Assembly (NCBI GenBank): GCA_002269645.1
Contig: NIVC01001182.1
Span: 279,337-343,336, forward strand
Direction of reading: 5' to 3'
DNA from: Macrostomum lignano
Lineage: Eukaryota
Length of the DNA: 64,000 nucleotides
Made by a program: the position numbers and the translations under genes. Positions within the stretch are counted from its first letter, which is position 1. Each line of letters begins with the position of its first letter. The notes under the pieces are model-generated. The model was not told where the DNA came from. It did no database searches and was given only the letters and a program-made list of their open reading frames with translations. Positions 13,001 to 23,769 of this stretch are shown one piece after another.

Positions 13001-16000
13001 AATCTGTAATCTAATCTGTGTAGCAATCTGCAATCTAATCTGTGTAGTAATCTGTAATCTAATCTGTGTAGCAATCTGCAATCTAATCTGTGTAGCAATC
13101 TGTAATCTAATCTGTGCAGTAATCTGCAATCTAATCTGTGTAGCAATCTGTAATCTAATCTGCAATCTAATCTGTGTAGCAATCTGCAATCTAATCTGTG
13201 CAGCAATCTGCAATCTAATCTGTGCAGTAATCTGCAATCTAATCTGTGTAGCAATCTGCAATCTAATCTGTAGTAATGTTTAATTAGATAATATAATCTA
13301 ATATGATAACCATGTAATCTGGAAGCAATACGTAATTGAATCTTTTGTAATCTGTTATATAATTTTAGTGTGTACTTTTAACCTAATAACTAATATGTAG
13401 CAATATACAATTCAACTCTGTAATTACTTGGCTTTAGCCTCAGCAACGTCCTTCTTCTTAGTGGAAATATTAGATTCCAGCGTTTTCCTATGCTCTTCCA
13501 GGGGATCGCTCTGCAGCAGCTTCAGCGACAGTTCCTCTTTAGCACGCTGGATTGCTTCAACAGCTGAACGCTTCTTCTCAAGATCAACCTGGAAGGAAGG
13601 GTCATAAAAAATATATTCCAGTCAAAAAACTGGATCACTTGTTAAATGAGTCATAGGTGATGACTCATAATGAACCACTTATAAATGACCCACTTTAAGC
13701 TGCTCATAAATATACGAGGCTGGACAGAGCCAGATTCATAAAAACAGTTCTAAACCACATTTCAAGTCACTCATTAAGAGGGCTCATAATAGATGATTTA
13801 ATAATTAATTAGAGGCATCATAAGAAATGACTCAATGAGTCATAAGAGATGACTCATAAATGACTCACTTTTGAGTCGCTCATTCAGAGTCGCAATGACA
13901 CAGTTACGCACCTGCTTAGCGCTAATATCAGCTAAAAGCTGATCTCGCTTAACTCGCATAGCCTCAATCTCAGCCTTGTGCTGCTCAATTTCGCCTCGAT
14001 GCTTCTCAGCCCGCTGCTGGCATTCCCGACCCTTCTCAGTGAGATTCTCCAACTCCTGACGAAAGTTGGCCTCCCGCTGCTCAGCCTGAGCTAGGAGGTC
14101 CTGCTCCTGGGCCAGCTTCTGATTGGCTGCCGCGGCTCGCTGCTGCTCAACAGCTTCTAGCCTGGCCCGCTCGGACTCCAGCCGGGCCCGTTCGCGCTCT
14201 TCGGCGGCTTTCCGGCGGGCCGCTTCGCGCTCGGCTTCCAGGGCGCGCTGGGCCTCGCGCTGGCGCTCCAGCTCCTGCTGGCGGGCGCGCTCTTTTGCTA
14301 GGCGGGCTTGCTCTTGCTTCTCCTGTGGCCAAGATAAAAAAGAACAATTAACTGCCGGTTTATTGGTAAGATTTGAAGGGCTTGCTTTTGCTATGAGACC
14401 GAACGTGACCCTTCCTCGCCTTATGTGACCATTTCTGACCTTGTGTCCCCATGTGACCTTTCTGACCTTATGTGACCTTATGTGACCTTTTGTGACCTTT
14501 TGTGACTTTATGTGACCCTTTCTGACCTTATGTGATCCTTTCTTACCCTATGTAATCCTTTCTGACCTTATGTGACCCTTTCTGACCTTATGTGACCCTT
14601 TCTGACTTTACGTGACCCTTTCTGACCCAATGTGACCCTTTCTGACCTTATGTGACCCTTTCTGACCTTATGTGACCCTTTCTGACTTTACGTGACCCTT
14701 TCTGACCCAATGTGACCCTTTCTGACCTTATGTGACCCTTTCTGACCCAATGCGACCTTTCTGACCTTATGTGACCCTTTCTGACCTGATGTGACCCTTT
14801 CCTGACCCTATGTGATCCTTTCTGACTTTATGTGATCCTTTCCTGACCCTATTTGAACCTTTCTGACTTTATGTGATCCTTTCCTGACCCTATTTGAACC
14901 TTTCTGACCTTATGTGATCCTTTCCTGACCCCATGTGACTGTTTCTGACCCTATGTGACCCTATGTGACTCTATGCGTTCCTTTCTGACCCAATCTTATC
15001 TGATCCTTTCTGACCTAATTTGACAATACTTCAATGTCTCTTCTGACTGCAAAACTGTCTCAACTTAACTACTATTGTATATTACGAGAACAAGGTAGAA
15101 AAGCGCCGCGAATCTTCATAAAACAGACCTGCTCAGCCCGCTCCTTAGCCAGTCGGGCCTCCTCCATCGCTCGCATCTGTTCCTGCAGCGCCTCGCGCCG
15201 TTTCTCCAATTCAGCTTGGCCTCGACGGAAATTTTCCAATCGTTTCTCTTCCAGAGTGCTGGACTGTTTGAACACGTCGGCAACTCCGCCGCCGCCGCCG
15301 CTGTCCTGGGAGATTCGACGCTGAGGCGGCGGTTCGACTGCTGCCGCGGAAGCTGGACGAGCCGGTTGATGAAACTGCTGTTGATGTTGTGGCTGCTGTT
15401 GCTGGTATTGCTGCTGCTGCCGGAAGCTTGGCGGAAGCATATCGGATGGAAGTGTAGACGGCAGAGGCCTGTTGGCTAAGCACTGATCGACAAAGTACAT
15501 GGCAAGGACAAACTCGTCGGGTCCGAGACGGCCGTCACGATCGATGTCGGCCAGGCCCCAGATCTGCGGGGATTGGGGGTGTTAGATGAGGAAGGTGTTA
15601 GACAGGCCAAAAGGTCAGAGACAGGGAGCTAGAGGCCAAAAGTTTAGAGACAGAGGGTGTTAGACAGGCTGAATGGTTAGAGACAGTGTTAGACAGGCTA
15701 AATGGTTAGATACAGAGGGTGATAGACAGGCTGAACGGCCAAATAGAGGGCATTAGGCATTCCAACTGGTTAGAGGGGGTGTTAGGCACACCAATTTGTT
15801 AGAGGGGTGTGAGGCACACCAATAATTAGTTAGAGGGGGGTGTTAGACACATCAACTGGTTGTTAGAGAGGGGGTATTATACATACCAACTGGTGAGATA
15901 GGGGGTGTTACACATACCAACTGGTTAGAGAGGGGGTGTTAGACATACCAACTGGTTAGAGAGGGGTGTTACACATACCAACTGGTTAGAGGGGATACAG

Positions 16001-17636
16001 AATGTTAGACAGACTAAACTTTGCGAGAGGGTGTTAGACAGATAAATCGTTCAGAAATGTCAATGTCACAAGAGCAATACAAAATTCATAACAGGCAAAA
16101 CCCCAATGGATTAAGCACTGTAATTACCTGAGCAAGCACAGTCTGGTTGAGCCCGCTCTGCATCAGACAGGACCGGGCCTCCAGGCCAGTGAGGTAGCCT
16201 TTGCGCATCCGATCCTCCTGATTGAATCGCAACTTGTACTTGGCTCGAATATTGCTGGGCACGGACCAATCCTCCGACGAGTGAGACAGCTGCTGACTCG
16301 AAGAGGAAAGATTGGAGGACATTGAGCCCGACAGAGAAACGGCACTTGATGGAGCTGCTGATGAAGCCACTGGCCCTGCTTGAGGAAGCTGCAACAGACT
16401 GGGTGGCAGCGAGTCCGGCAATGGATAGCCCTGGAATGAAGATGGTGCGATATTATATAGCACCCCCACAGCTTAACTACCTTACCGCCTGTCGGCACTT
16501 CAAAGAGCCGTCGCCGCCGTCGCCGCCACCCCACTCCCGCCTAAAACTTCAAAGAGCCGCCGCCACCCCGCCCCACTCCCGCCTAGAACTTCAAAGAGCT
16601 GCCCCACATCCCACCCAATCCCGCCTAGAACTTTAAAGAACCGGCCCCGCACCCCACGACTCCTGGCTAGAACTTCAAAAAGCCACCACCGCCCCACCCC
16701 AATCCCGCGTAGAACTTCAAAGAACCGGCCCCGCAACCCACTCCCGTCTAGAACTTCAAAGAGCCGCCGCCGCCAATCCCCCTCCGCCTAAAAACATAAG
16801 AGCCGCCGCTACCGCCCCCACCCCAATCCCGCATATAACTTTAAAGAACCGGCCCCGCACCCCACCACTCCCGCCTAGAACTTCAAAGAGCCACCGCCGC
16901 CCCCACCCCACTCCCGCCAAGAACTTCAAAGAACCGCCGCCACCCCAAACCCACTACCGCATAGAACATCAAAGAGCCGCCACCGCCAATCCCCCTCCGC
17001 CTAAAAACATAAGAGCCGCCGCTACCGCCCCCACCCCAATCCCGCATATAACTTCAAAGAACCGGCCCCGCACCCCACCACTCCCGCCTAGAACTTCAAA
17101 GAGCCGCCGCAGCCCCCACCCCAATCCCGCATATAACTTCAAAGAACCGACCCCGCACCCCACCACTCCCGCCTAGAACTTCAAAGAGCCGCCGCAGCCC
17201 CCACCCCACTCCTGCCAAGAACTTCAAAGAACCGCCGCCACTCCAAACCCACTACCACAAAGAACATCAAAGAGCCGCCACCGCCAATCCCTCTCCGCCT
17301 AAAAACATAAGAGCCGCCGCTACCGCCCCACCCCACTCCCGCCTAGAACTTCAAAAAGACACCGCCATCCTTCCAGGCGCCCTCAAGCCTAATTCGCACC
17401 TGCAACCGGCGCCGAATCAAAAAGCAAGCCGCACAGAACTCAGCCAGACTCATTCGGCCATCGGCATCGTAATCGGCCAGTTGCCAAATCCTAGCCAGCT
17501 CGGTGGATGGCAAATTGCTCAATAGAAAATGACCCCTAGCCTGCTGGCCGGTGATGAAGCCGCCCGAGGGACCCAAAGCAACGAATTGGGACTCGTATTT
17601 CAGCCGGTCCTCCGGCGCCAAACGCCACGGATCCAT
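1955..17636 (-). CDS. ITSN: Intersectin, long form (EH-EH-coiled coil-5xSH3-DH-PH), multi-exon
   Basis: Exons traced by hand with GT-AG boundaries and consistent phases: 17400-17636, 16128-16430, 15129-15563, 13912-14322, 13428-13588, 11839-12579, 10105-10742, 8579-9312, 3721-4017, 2800-3198, 1963(or 1955)-2440. Domains: EH motifs ([21 protein letters not shown]; [18 protein letters not shown]), KERQ-rich coiled coil, five SH3 ([15 protein letters not shown]; GWFPSGCV; GIFPANFV; GWFPASYT; GLFPVNYV), DH ([26 protein letters not shown]), PH ([11 protein letters not shown]). A GTGAGT donor at 1962 suggests a further exon not seen here. Confidence 0.93.
2530..2755. repeat. TCAC-based intronic repeat
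   Basis: TCACTCACTAACTCGCTCCC-type units inside intron 2441-2799. Confidence 0.85.
3235..3680. repeat. 20-bp intronic minisatellite
   Basis: GATAATCCATAYAGACACAC units. Confidence 0.9.
4150..5250. repeat. 24-bp intronic minisatellite
   Basis: AATCTCTCCCTTGTCTATCTACCC units (8-aa periodicity in the spurious ORF). Confidence 0.95.
5900..7300. repeat. 31-bp intronic minisatellite
   Basis: GGCATAACCCCACTGGAGAGTCTGGGAGGGT head-to-tail units with no spacers. Confidence 0.95.
7930..8400. repeat. About 28-bp intronic minisatellite
   Basis: CATAATGTCACTCTGGAAATGGCACTCC units. Confidence 0.9.
9405..10075. repeat. (ACAG)n microsatellite filling intron 9313-10104
   Basis: Direct reading. Confidence 0.95.
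10800..11820. repeat. 20-bp intronic minisatellite
   Basis: GAGTACCTAAGTGTCTATCT units with larger duplicated blocks. Confidence 0.92.
12625..13275. repeat. 24-bp intronic minisatellite
   Basis: AATCTGTGTAGCAATCTGCAATCT units. Confidence 0.95.
14405..15015. repeat. 20-bp intronic minisatellite
   Basis: TGTGACCCTTTCTGACCTTA units. Confidence 0.92.
15590..16050. repeat. Degenerate intronic minisatellite (about 30 bp)
   Basis: GTTAGACATACCAACTGGTTAGAGAGGGGT-like units. Confidence 0.75.
16500..17360. repeat. About 35-bp C-rich intronic minisatellite with higher-order blocks
   Basis: CCCCACTCCCGCCTAGAACTTCAAAGAGCCGCC units; the variant unit CTAAAAACATAAGAGCC recurs near 16790, 17000 and 17300. 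Confidence 0.9.
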
Positions 17637-18109
17637 GAGGTTACGGCTTGGTTGTCAGAGCTCGCTAGCTGATTAGCAGTCGGTGCCAAAATTAAAATCG
17701 GCATGAATAGTTTTATTGATTGCATAAATACATTAGGCGACAATATAGAAATCCCAATACCTGGCTTGGACAACTTTGAAGTGAATAAAAGTTCATTTAG
17801 GCAGCATTTAACTATGAAACTGTCCACGCGAAACATAATCACTGACTCAACAATCTCAACTCTATCATTTGAGACTATTTCAGGAATCTCACCCCTAGAA
17901 TTTGAGATTATCTCATGCTATATCTAACCACTAGATACATATTACGATATTTAATCCCTAGATTAAAGAAAATTTTCAAAGCATAGCTAGCCCCAATAAA
18001 TTTTGAATCAGCTTGCAAACCTTACCGCTAAATACTAGCATCTAGCATAGCATCTAAATTAGCTTTTTAGCTTATGAATCAATCACCCCTAATATAAGAA
18101 TGGCATAGA

Positions 18110-18590
18110 AATCTCACCATTTCATATTCGAGTTTCTTAGAAATCTCACCCTTTCATAACAGAGTGCCTTAGAAATCTCACCCTTTCATAACAGAGTGCC
18201 TTAGAAATCTCACCCTTTCATAACAGAGTGCCTTAGAAATCTCACCCTTTCATAACAGAGTGCCTTAGAAATCTAACCATTTCATAACAGAGTGCCTTAG
18301 AAATCTCACCTTTTCAAAGCCGACTGCCATGGAAATCTCACCATTTCATATTAGAGTGACTTAGAAATCTTACCTCCTCATAATAGTTTCGTAGAAATCT
18401 CATTTTTTAAAACATTTTCTTAGAAAGCTCACATATTTAAAATATATTCTTAGAAAGCTCACCTGTCTATAGCATATTATAGAAAGCTCACCTTTCTCCA
18501 GTAATTTCTTAGAAATCACACTTTTTTAAAACAGTTTCTTAGAAATCCCATCTTTTTATAATAGTTTTTTAGAAACCTCACCCCTTCATA
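18110..18590. repeat. 32-bp intergenic minisatellite
   Basis: TTAGAAATCTCACCCTTTCATAACAGAGTGCC units. Confidence 0.88.
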
Positions 18591-19311
18591 ATATAATAGC
18601 ACCTAAATCTAATTCTCAGATTGCAGTAGATATCAAAAAAACAAACGAACATAACGATTTTGAATATCAAACAGATGGTGAGTTAAAAAAGGCTTAAACG
18701 TTACTTAGAATTTTGTGTATTTCACATTCTAGATTTCACTATGTTGTTAAAAATATAAAAAACTACGAAACCGCAAGTTTTTAATTAATTAATTAAAACA
18801 AATCAACTATAGAAAGGAAAAAAATGGAGACACGTTGAAAGTTAGCTTTCTAATTATAATCTTAATTAAAGATTCAAGCCTCTCAATTAAATTCATTAAT
18901 ACGTATTGAGATTTATGTAATTATTTTAATGGAGTAATAATTATAAAGAGTACTATTAATAATAATTTCGTGTATTGAAGAGAGAGAAAACGCAAAAAAA
19001 ATTCAAAGCGCAACAGCTGAGATGGCGGAGAGATTAATTTCTTGATCTACTAAATGTATATAACTAAAAAACAGCTTGTTTAATAAAATAATTAGACAAA
19101 AAACTGAACTAATAAATAAATTAAAAATAGGAAAACATTTGTTTGGATTCAGCCAGTTTGCGTGCACCATTCGGGAAAGTTTGGAAGTGTGCGATTTTGG
19201 TTAGAAATTTTTGGCCAACTATAAAAAAAAACAACAATTTAATGGTTCCTACAGATATGTATTGTTCAGATCAAACTAAATCCCAACTTCTTGACTTCAA
19301 TCCATCAGCAT

Positions 19312-21567
19312 TCATCTACTGCCAGTGTTGATAATCAGCAGTTCGAATCGGACCATACCGTCGCGGTCCATCTTGTCGTAGCGATAGTTCTTAATATTAT
19401 ACAGGCGGCAGGACACCATCAGTAGGACATTGCGGCGAGCGTTGGGGAATCTCACAGCAACAGCCGGAGTTGTGTAGCCCTTCTGGTTCAAATAGGGGAA
19501 CAGAGCGCTGCTAAAGTAGCCATAGTCGGTGCCGTTCACAGTCACACCGGGATAGTACAGCAGACTGCCGCTGCCGAATGTCGCCTTGTCGCCGTCATTC
19601 TCAGGTTCGCAACGCATCAGGGTGTGGTTGGACAGCTGCGGGTCTTCGATGTCCGGCAGCCAGCCATAAATCTTGTTCATCTTGATTATCACGCACGGGG
19701 TGGCGCTCTCGTAGCCAAACTTATTGGCTGAGGTGCAGTTGCCCCAGTGCTTACTGGGGTCGATGCGGCAGATCTTCTTCTTGGGATCGAAATCCCGGTT
19801 GGCCTGTGGGGATAAGGTTGATGGGGAGATTCTCAGGTGTAGTTCAGGGCCGATTCTCAGGTGTAGTTTAGGTGCGGGCATTTCTCAGGTATAGTTTAGG
19901 TGCGGGCGTTTCTCAGGTATAGTTTAGGTGCGGGCGTTTCTCAGGTATAGTTTAGGTGCGGGCGTTTCTCAGGTGTAGTTTAGGTGTGGGCATTTCTCAG
20001 GTATAGTTTAGGTGCGGGAATTTCTCAGGTGTAGTTTAGGTGCGGGCATTTCTCAGGTGTAGTTTAGGTGCGGGCGTTTCTCAGGTATAGTTTAGGTTTC
20101 TCAGGTGTAGTTTAGGACTGATTCTCATGTGTATAGCTTAGGGGCGATTCTCGGGTGTAGCTTAAGGGGCCATTTTCAGGTGTAGATTAGTTGCGATTCT
20201 CGGGTGTAGCTTAAGGGGCCATTTTCAGGTGTAGATTAGTTGCGATTCTCAGGTGTAATTTAGGGGCGACTCTCACGTGTAGACTAGGGACGATTCTCAG
20301 GTGTAGTTTAGGGCTGATTCTCAGGTGTAGATTAGGGCCGATTCTCAGGTGTAGCTTAGAGCCGATTCTCAGGTGTAGTTTAGGGCCGATTCTCAGGTGT
20401 AGTTAAGGGCCGATTCTCAGGTGTAGTTAAGGGCCGATTCTCAGGTGTAGATTAGGGCCGATTCTCAGGTGTAGTTAAGGGCCGATTCTCAGGTGTAGTT
20501 AAGGGCCGATTCTCAGGTGTAGATTAGGGCCGATTCTCAGGTGTAGATTAGGGCCGATTCTCAGGTGTAGTTAAGGGCCGATTCTCAGGTGTAGATTAGG
20601 GCCGATTCTCAGGTGTAGTTAAGGGCCGATTCTCAGGTGTAGTTAAGGGCCGATTCTCAGATGTAGTTAAGGGCCGATTCTCAGATGTAGTTAAGGGCCG
20701 ATTCTCAGGTGTAGATTAGGGCCGATTCTCAGGTGTAGTTAAGGGCCGATTCTCAGGTGTGGTTAAGGGCCGATTCTCAGGTGTAGTTTAGGGCCGATTC
20801 TCAGGTGTAGTTTAGGTGCGGGCATTTCTCAGGTGTAGTTTAGGTGCGGGCATTTCTCAGGTATAGTTTAGGTGCGGACGTTTCTCAGGTATAGTTTAGG
20901 TGCGGGCGTTTCTCAGGTGTAGTTTAGGACTGATTCTCATGTGTATAGCTTAGGGGCGATTCTCGGGTGTAGCTTAGGGGCCATTTTCAGGTGTAGATTA
21001 GTTGCGATTCTCAGGTGTAGTTTAGGGGCGACTCTCACGTGTAGACTAGGGGCGATTCTCAGGTGTAGATTAGGGCCGATTCTCAGGTGTAGATTAGGGC
21101 AAAAGCTACACAAAAAATCACAGACTAACCTCAGCATCCTCCAAGTTGCAGTTAGCGTACTCCATATTCGGATCCTCTAGCGATTTATTCACAGAAGAGT
21201 AGGAATTAACCAGCTGATCCAGATTACCAACAAGCCTGTCCAGATTCTTCTGATCAGACGCGTTCACATTAATCAGAGTCCGTTCAACATCCGGCATGGG
21301 GCGCATGCCCAGACCCGGGTTCATCCTGATCAGCGACTGTTCGCCAGTCAGCATCGGCTTAGTGTCATCAATGATGCCGAACAGCAGTACGCTCAGCATG
21401 CCGACAAAAAATGCAGCCAGACAAGAGTAATAAATCAAATAGAATATGGTGATTAAAGCCCACGATTTTGGAGTTCGGCCGAGAAAGGTGCCTCGATCTT
21501 TGTTGTAGAGGAACCGGCCGCAGGCGCTCATGCGCTGTCCGCAGGTTGGCTTGTTGTCGTCAGTCAT
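19312..21567 (-). CDS. ATP1B: Na+/K+-ATPase beta subunit (nervana/ATP1B family), 2 exons, about 309 aa
   Basis: Exons 21130-21567 and 19312-19803 (phase 0, GTTAGT...CACAG). Motifs FLGRTPKSWALITIFYLIYYSCLAAFF (TM), NPGLGMRP, FGYESATPCVIIKMNKIYGWLP, YFPYLNQKGYTTPAVAVRF, DRDGMVRFEL. Confidence 0.93.
19830..21110. repeat. 24-27-bp minisatellite filling the ATP1B intron
   Basis: GATTCTCAGGTGTAGTTAAGGGCC core units and TTTAGGTGCGGGCGTTTCTCAGGTATAG flanking units. Confidence 0.95.
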
Positions 21568-22419
21568 GACCGGATTGTTTCTATTCAATTTAATATGGCT
21601 TCCGAAATGTTAGCTGAAATCAATGATGGATGTTCACAAATAATAATTGATGGATTTGAACTTAACGAATTCTAAGAAACTCTGCTCGATGTTAAAAACT
21701 GTTTAACTGTGGGGTTGCATGCAAGTTTACTTAATAATTAAGATAAACATTGACGAACAACGCGGCTTATCATAAATGATTATAAATAAATACATTCTAT
21801 TGGATTGTGCAGACATCACAATATTGGTTTAGAAGGGACAGCCATTCTGTGCACATAGGCAAAGGGCAGGCAATATGCTAAAAACATAAATAAAACAGAC
21901 AAGTGTTGTTGGCTCTCGAGGCGAAAATAGTTTAGCATAAAGTACAGATGGGTCAAATAGTTTTAAAATAAAACTTCTCCACCAAAGTACATATTGCATT
22001 TTTACTTGCATAAAAGAAAGATTCTCTTAATGGAGGAACAATTTTTGGTCAGCAATGATTATAATCATACAAAATTAGGTTTACAAGATTTTAGGTTTAA
22101 AAGATTTCATTGATTTCTGCGTATACCTCAAAGACGAAAGAAGAAAACGGTAATACATAAAATAAAGAGCAAATGAAGACTAAGTTTAATGCATAAAACT
22201 TGCAACTAAACTCTAAAAAATCAACAATCAGTGTCAGAAACTGACAACACAAAGACAGAGTAAAAAATTCAACGTTAGAAATTAGAAAAGAAGTTAAACA
22301 AAATAAAATAGTCAAACAAGTATTTATGGATATGTCTATCGGTGCGCAAACTTTTACTGTCATTTGGAAACAAGCAATAAATTTAAGGATGTGAATGGGT
22401 TTTAAGTTAGGGCATGTTT

Positions 22420-22810
22420 GTTTAGAGTGTTTAGATTGGTGTGTTTGTCTAGGGTCTTGTGAACTTTAGATTGGCGTGTTTGTCTAGGGCCTTATGTACT
22501 TTAGAGTGGCGTGTTTGTCTAGGGTTTGTGTACTTTAGAGTGACGTGTTTGTCTAGGGCCTTATGTACTTTAGAGTGGCGTGTTTGTCTAGGGTCTTGTG
22601 TACTTTAGATTGGAGGCTTGTCTAGGGTCTTGTGCACTTTAGATTGGAGGTTTGTCTAGGGTCTTGTGCACTTTAGATTGGAGGTTTGTCTAGGGTCTTG
22701 TGCACTTTAGATTGGAGGTTTGTCTAAGGTCTTGTGCACTTTGGAGTGGTGTGTTTGTCTAGGATCTTGTGTACTTTAGATTGGTGTTTGTCTAAGGCCT
22801 TGTGTACTTT
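22420..22810. repeat. About 34-bp intergenic minisatellite
   Basis: ACTTTAGATTGGAGGTTTGTCTAGGGTCTTGTGC units. Confidence 0.9.
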
Positions 22811-23769
22811 TGGATTAGTTAGTTGTCAAGGTGCATTCTGTACCTAAGAATAGTGAAGTTAAATATAGGCTGTTTATGCGCAAACCTTTTTCAAATTATA
22901 AGCAATTCAATTTTTTACCAAGTAAATAAATAAATGTAATCAATGAATACTCATAACTAAAAATTTAGAATTCGGGTCAAACGACAGATAGACCGATTTA
23001 AAAACTGAAAAGTAAGGAGAAAACGACGCCTTAGACTTAAATAGCAAGCTTATTATGACAAAGATAAAAGGTTACAGACCGCTAAAAATAAATATTCATT
23101 GATAATCACTATTAAGTAGCATTAATGTACTCGTACAATCCGGAATTCTATCCTAATCGTGGCAAACTGATTTTAAATGGTAGTGACATAAAACTCTAAT
23201 CAATACAATACATGCAATATCATGTATAAACAGTAGTGACGTGCGATCATAGTTAGCGGTATCATATAAAGTACAGAAGATTATACATGTTCATTACTAT
23301 CTGTAACAAAAATGGCAACCATTTTTGAGTAGTAAACCAATTTACCCCAAATAGAAATTAACTAAAAAGTAATTTTTTTTCAAAGTAACGCACAAAAGTG
23401 AATCACAGAAAATAACAACGTATTAAGGATCATTTAGAAAGGACCAATTAACATCTTTATAGATTTTTATTGCTCTACTTTTAAGAAACTATCTGGAATC
23501 CAGATAACTACCGATATGTAGCGTAGTATACATAACTTTAGCTGCTAAAAACCTTAAGTCCGTTAATAGGAATAACTTACTCTGCCCCAAGGTTTTCGAT
23601 TCTTAATTGAAGAGCAAAGGGGTTAAAATTACAAGATAGATAGATTCTGTAGTAGATAGTCTACAGGGTAAAAGGCGAGAGCAAATTTGACTGCAATTCA
23701 ATGCATTGATACCTCGTCATCTGATAAGTCTACAATTTACAAACCAACTCAGCTGCAATATAAGAATTA

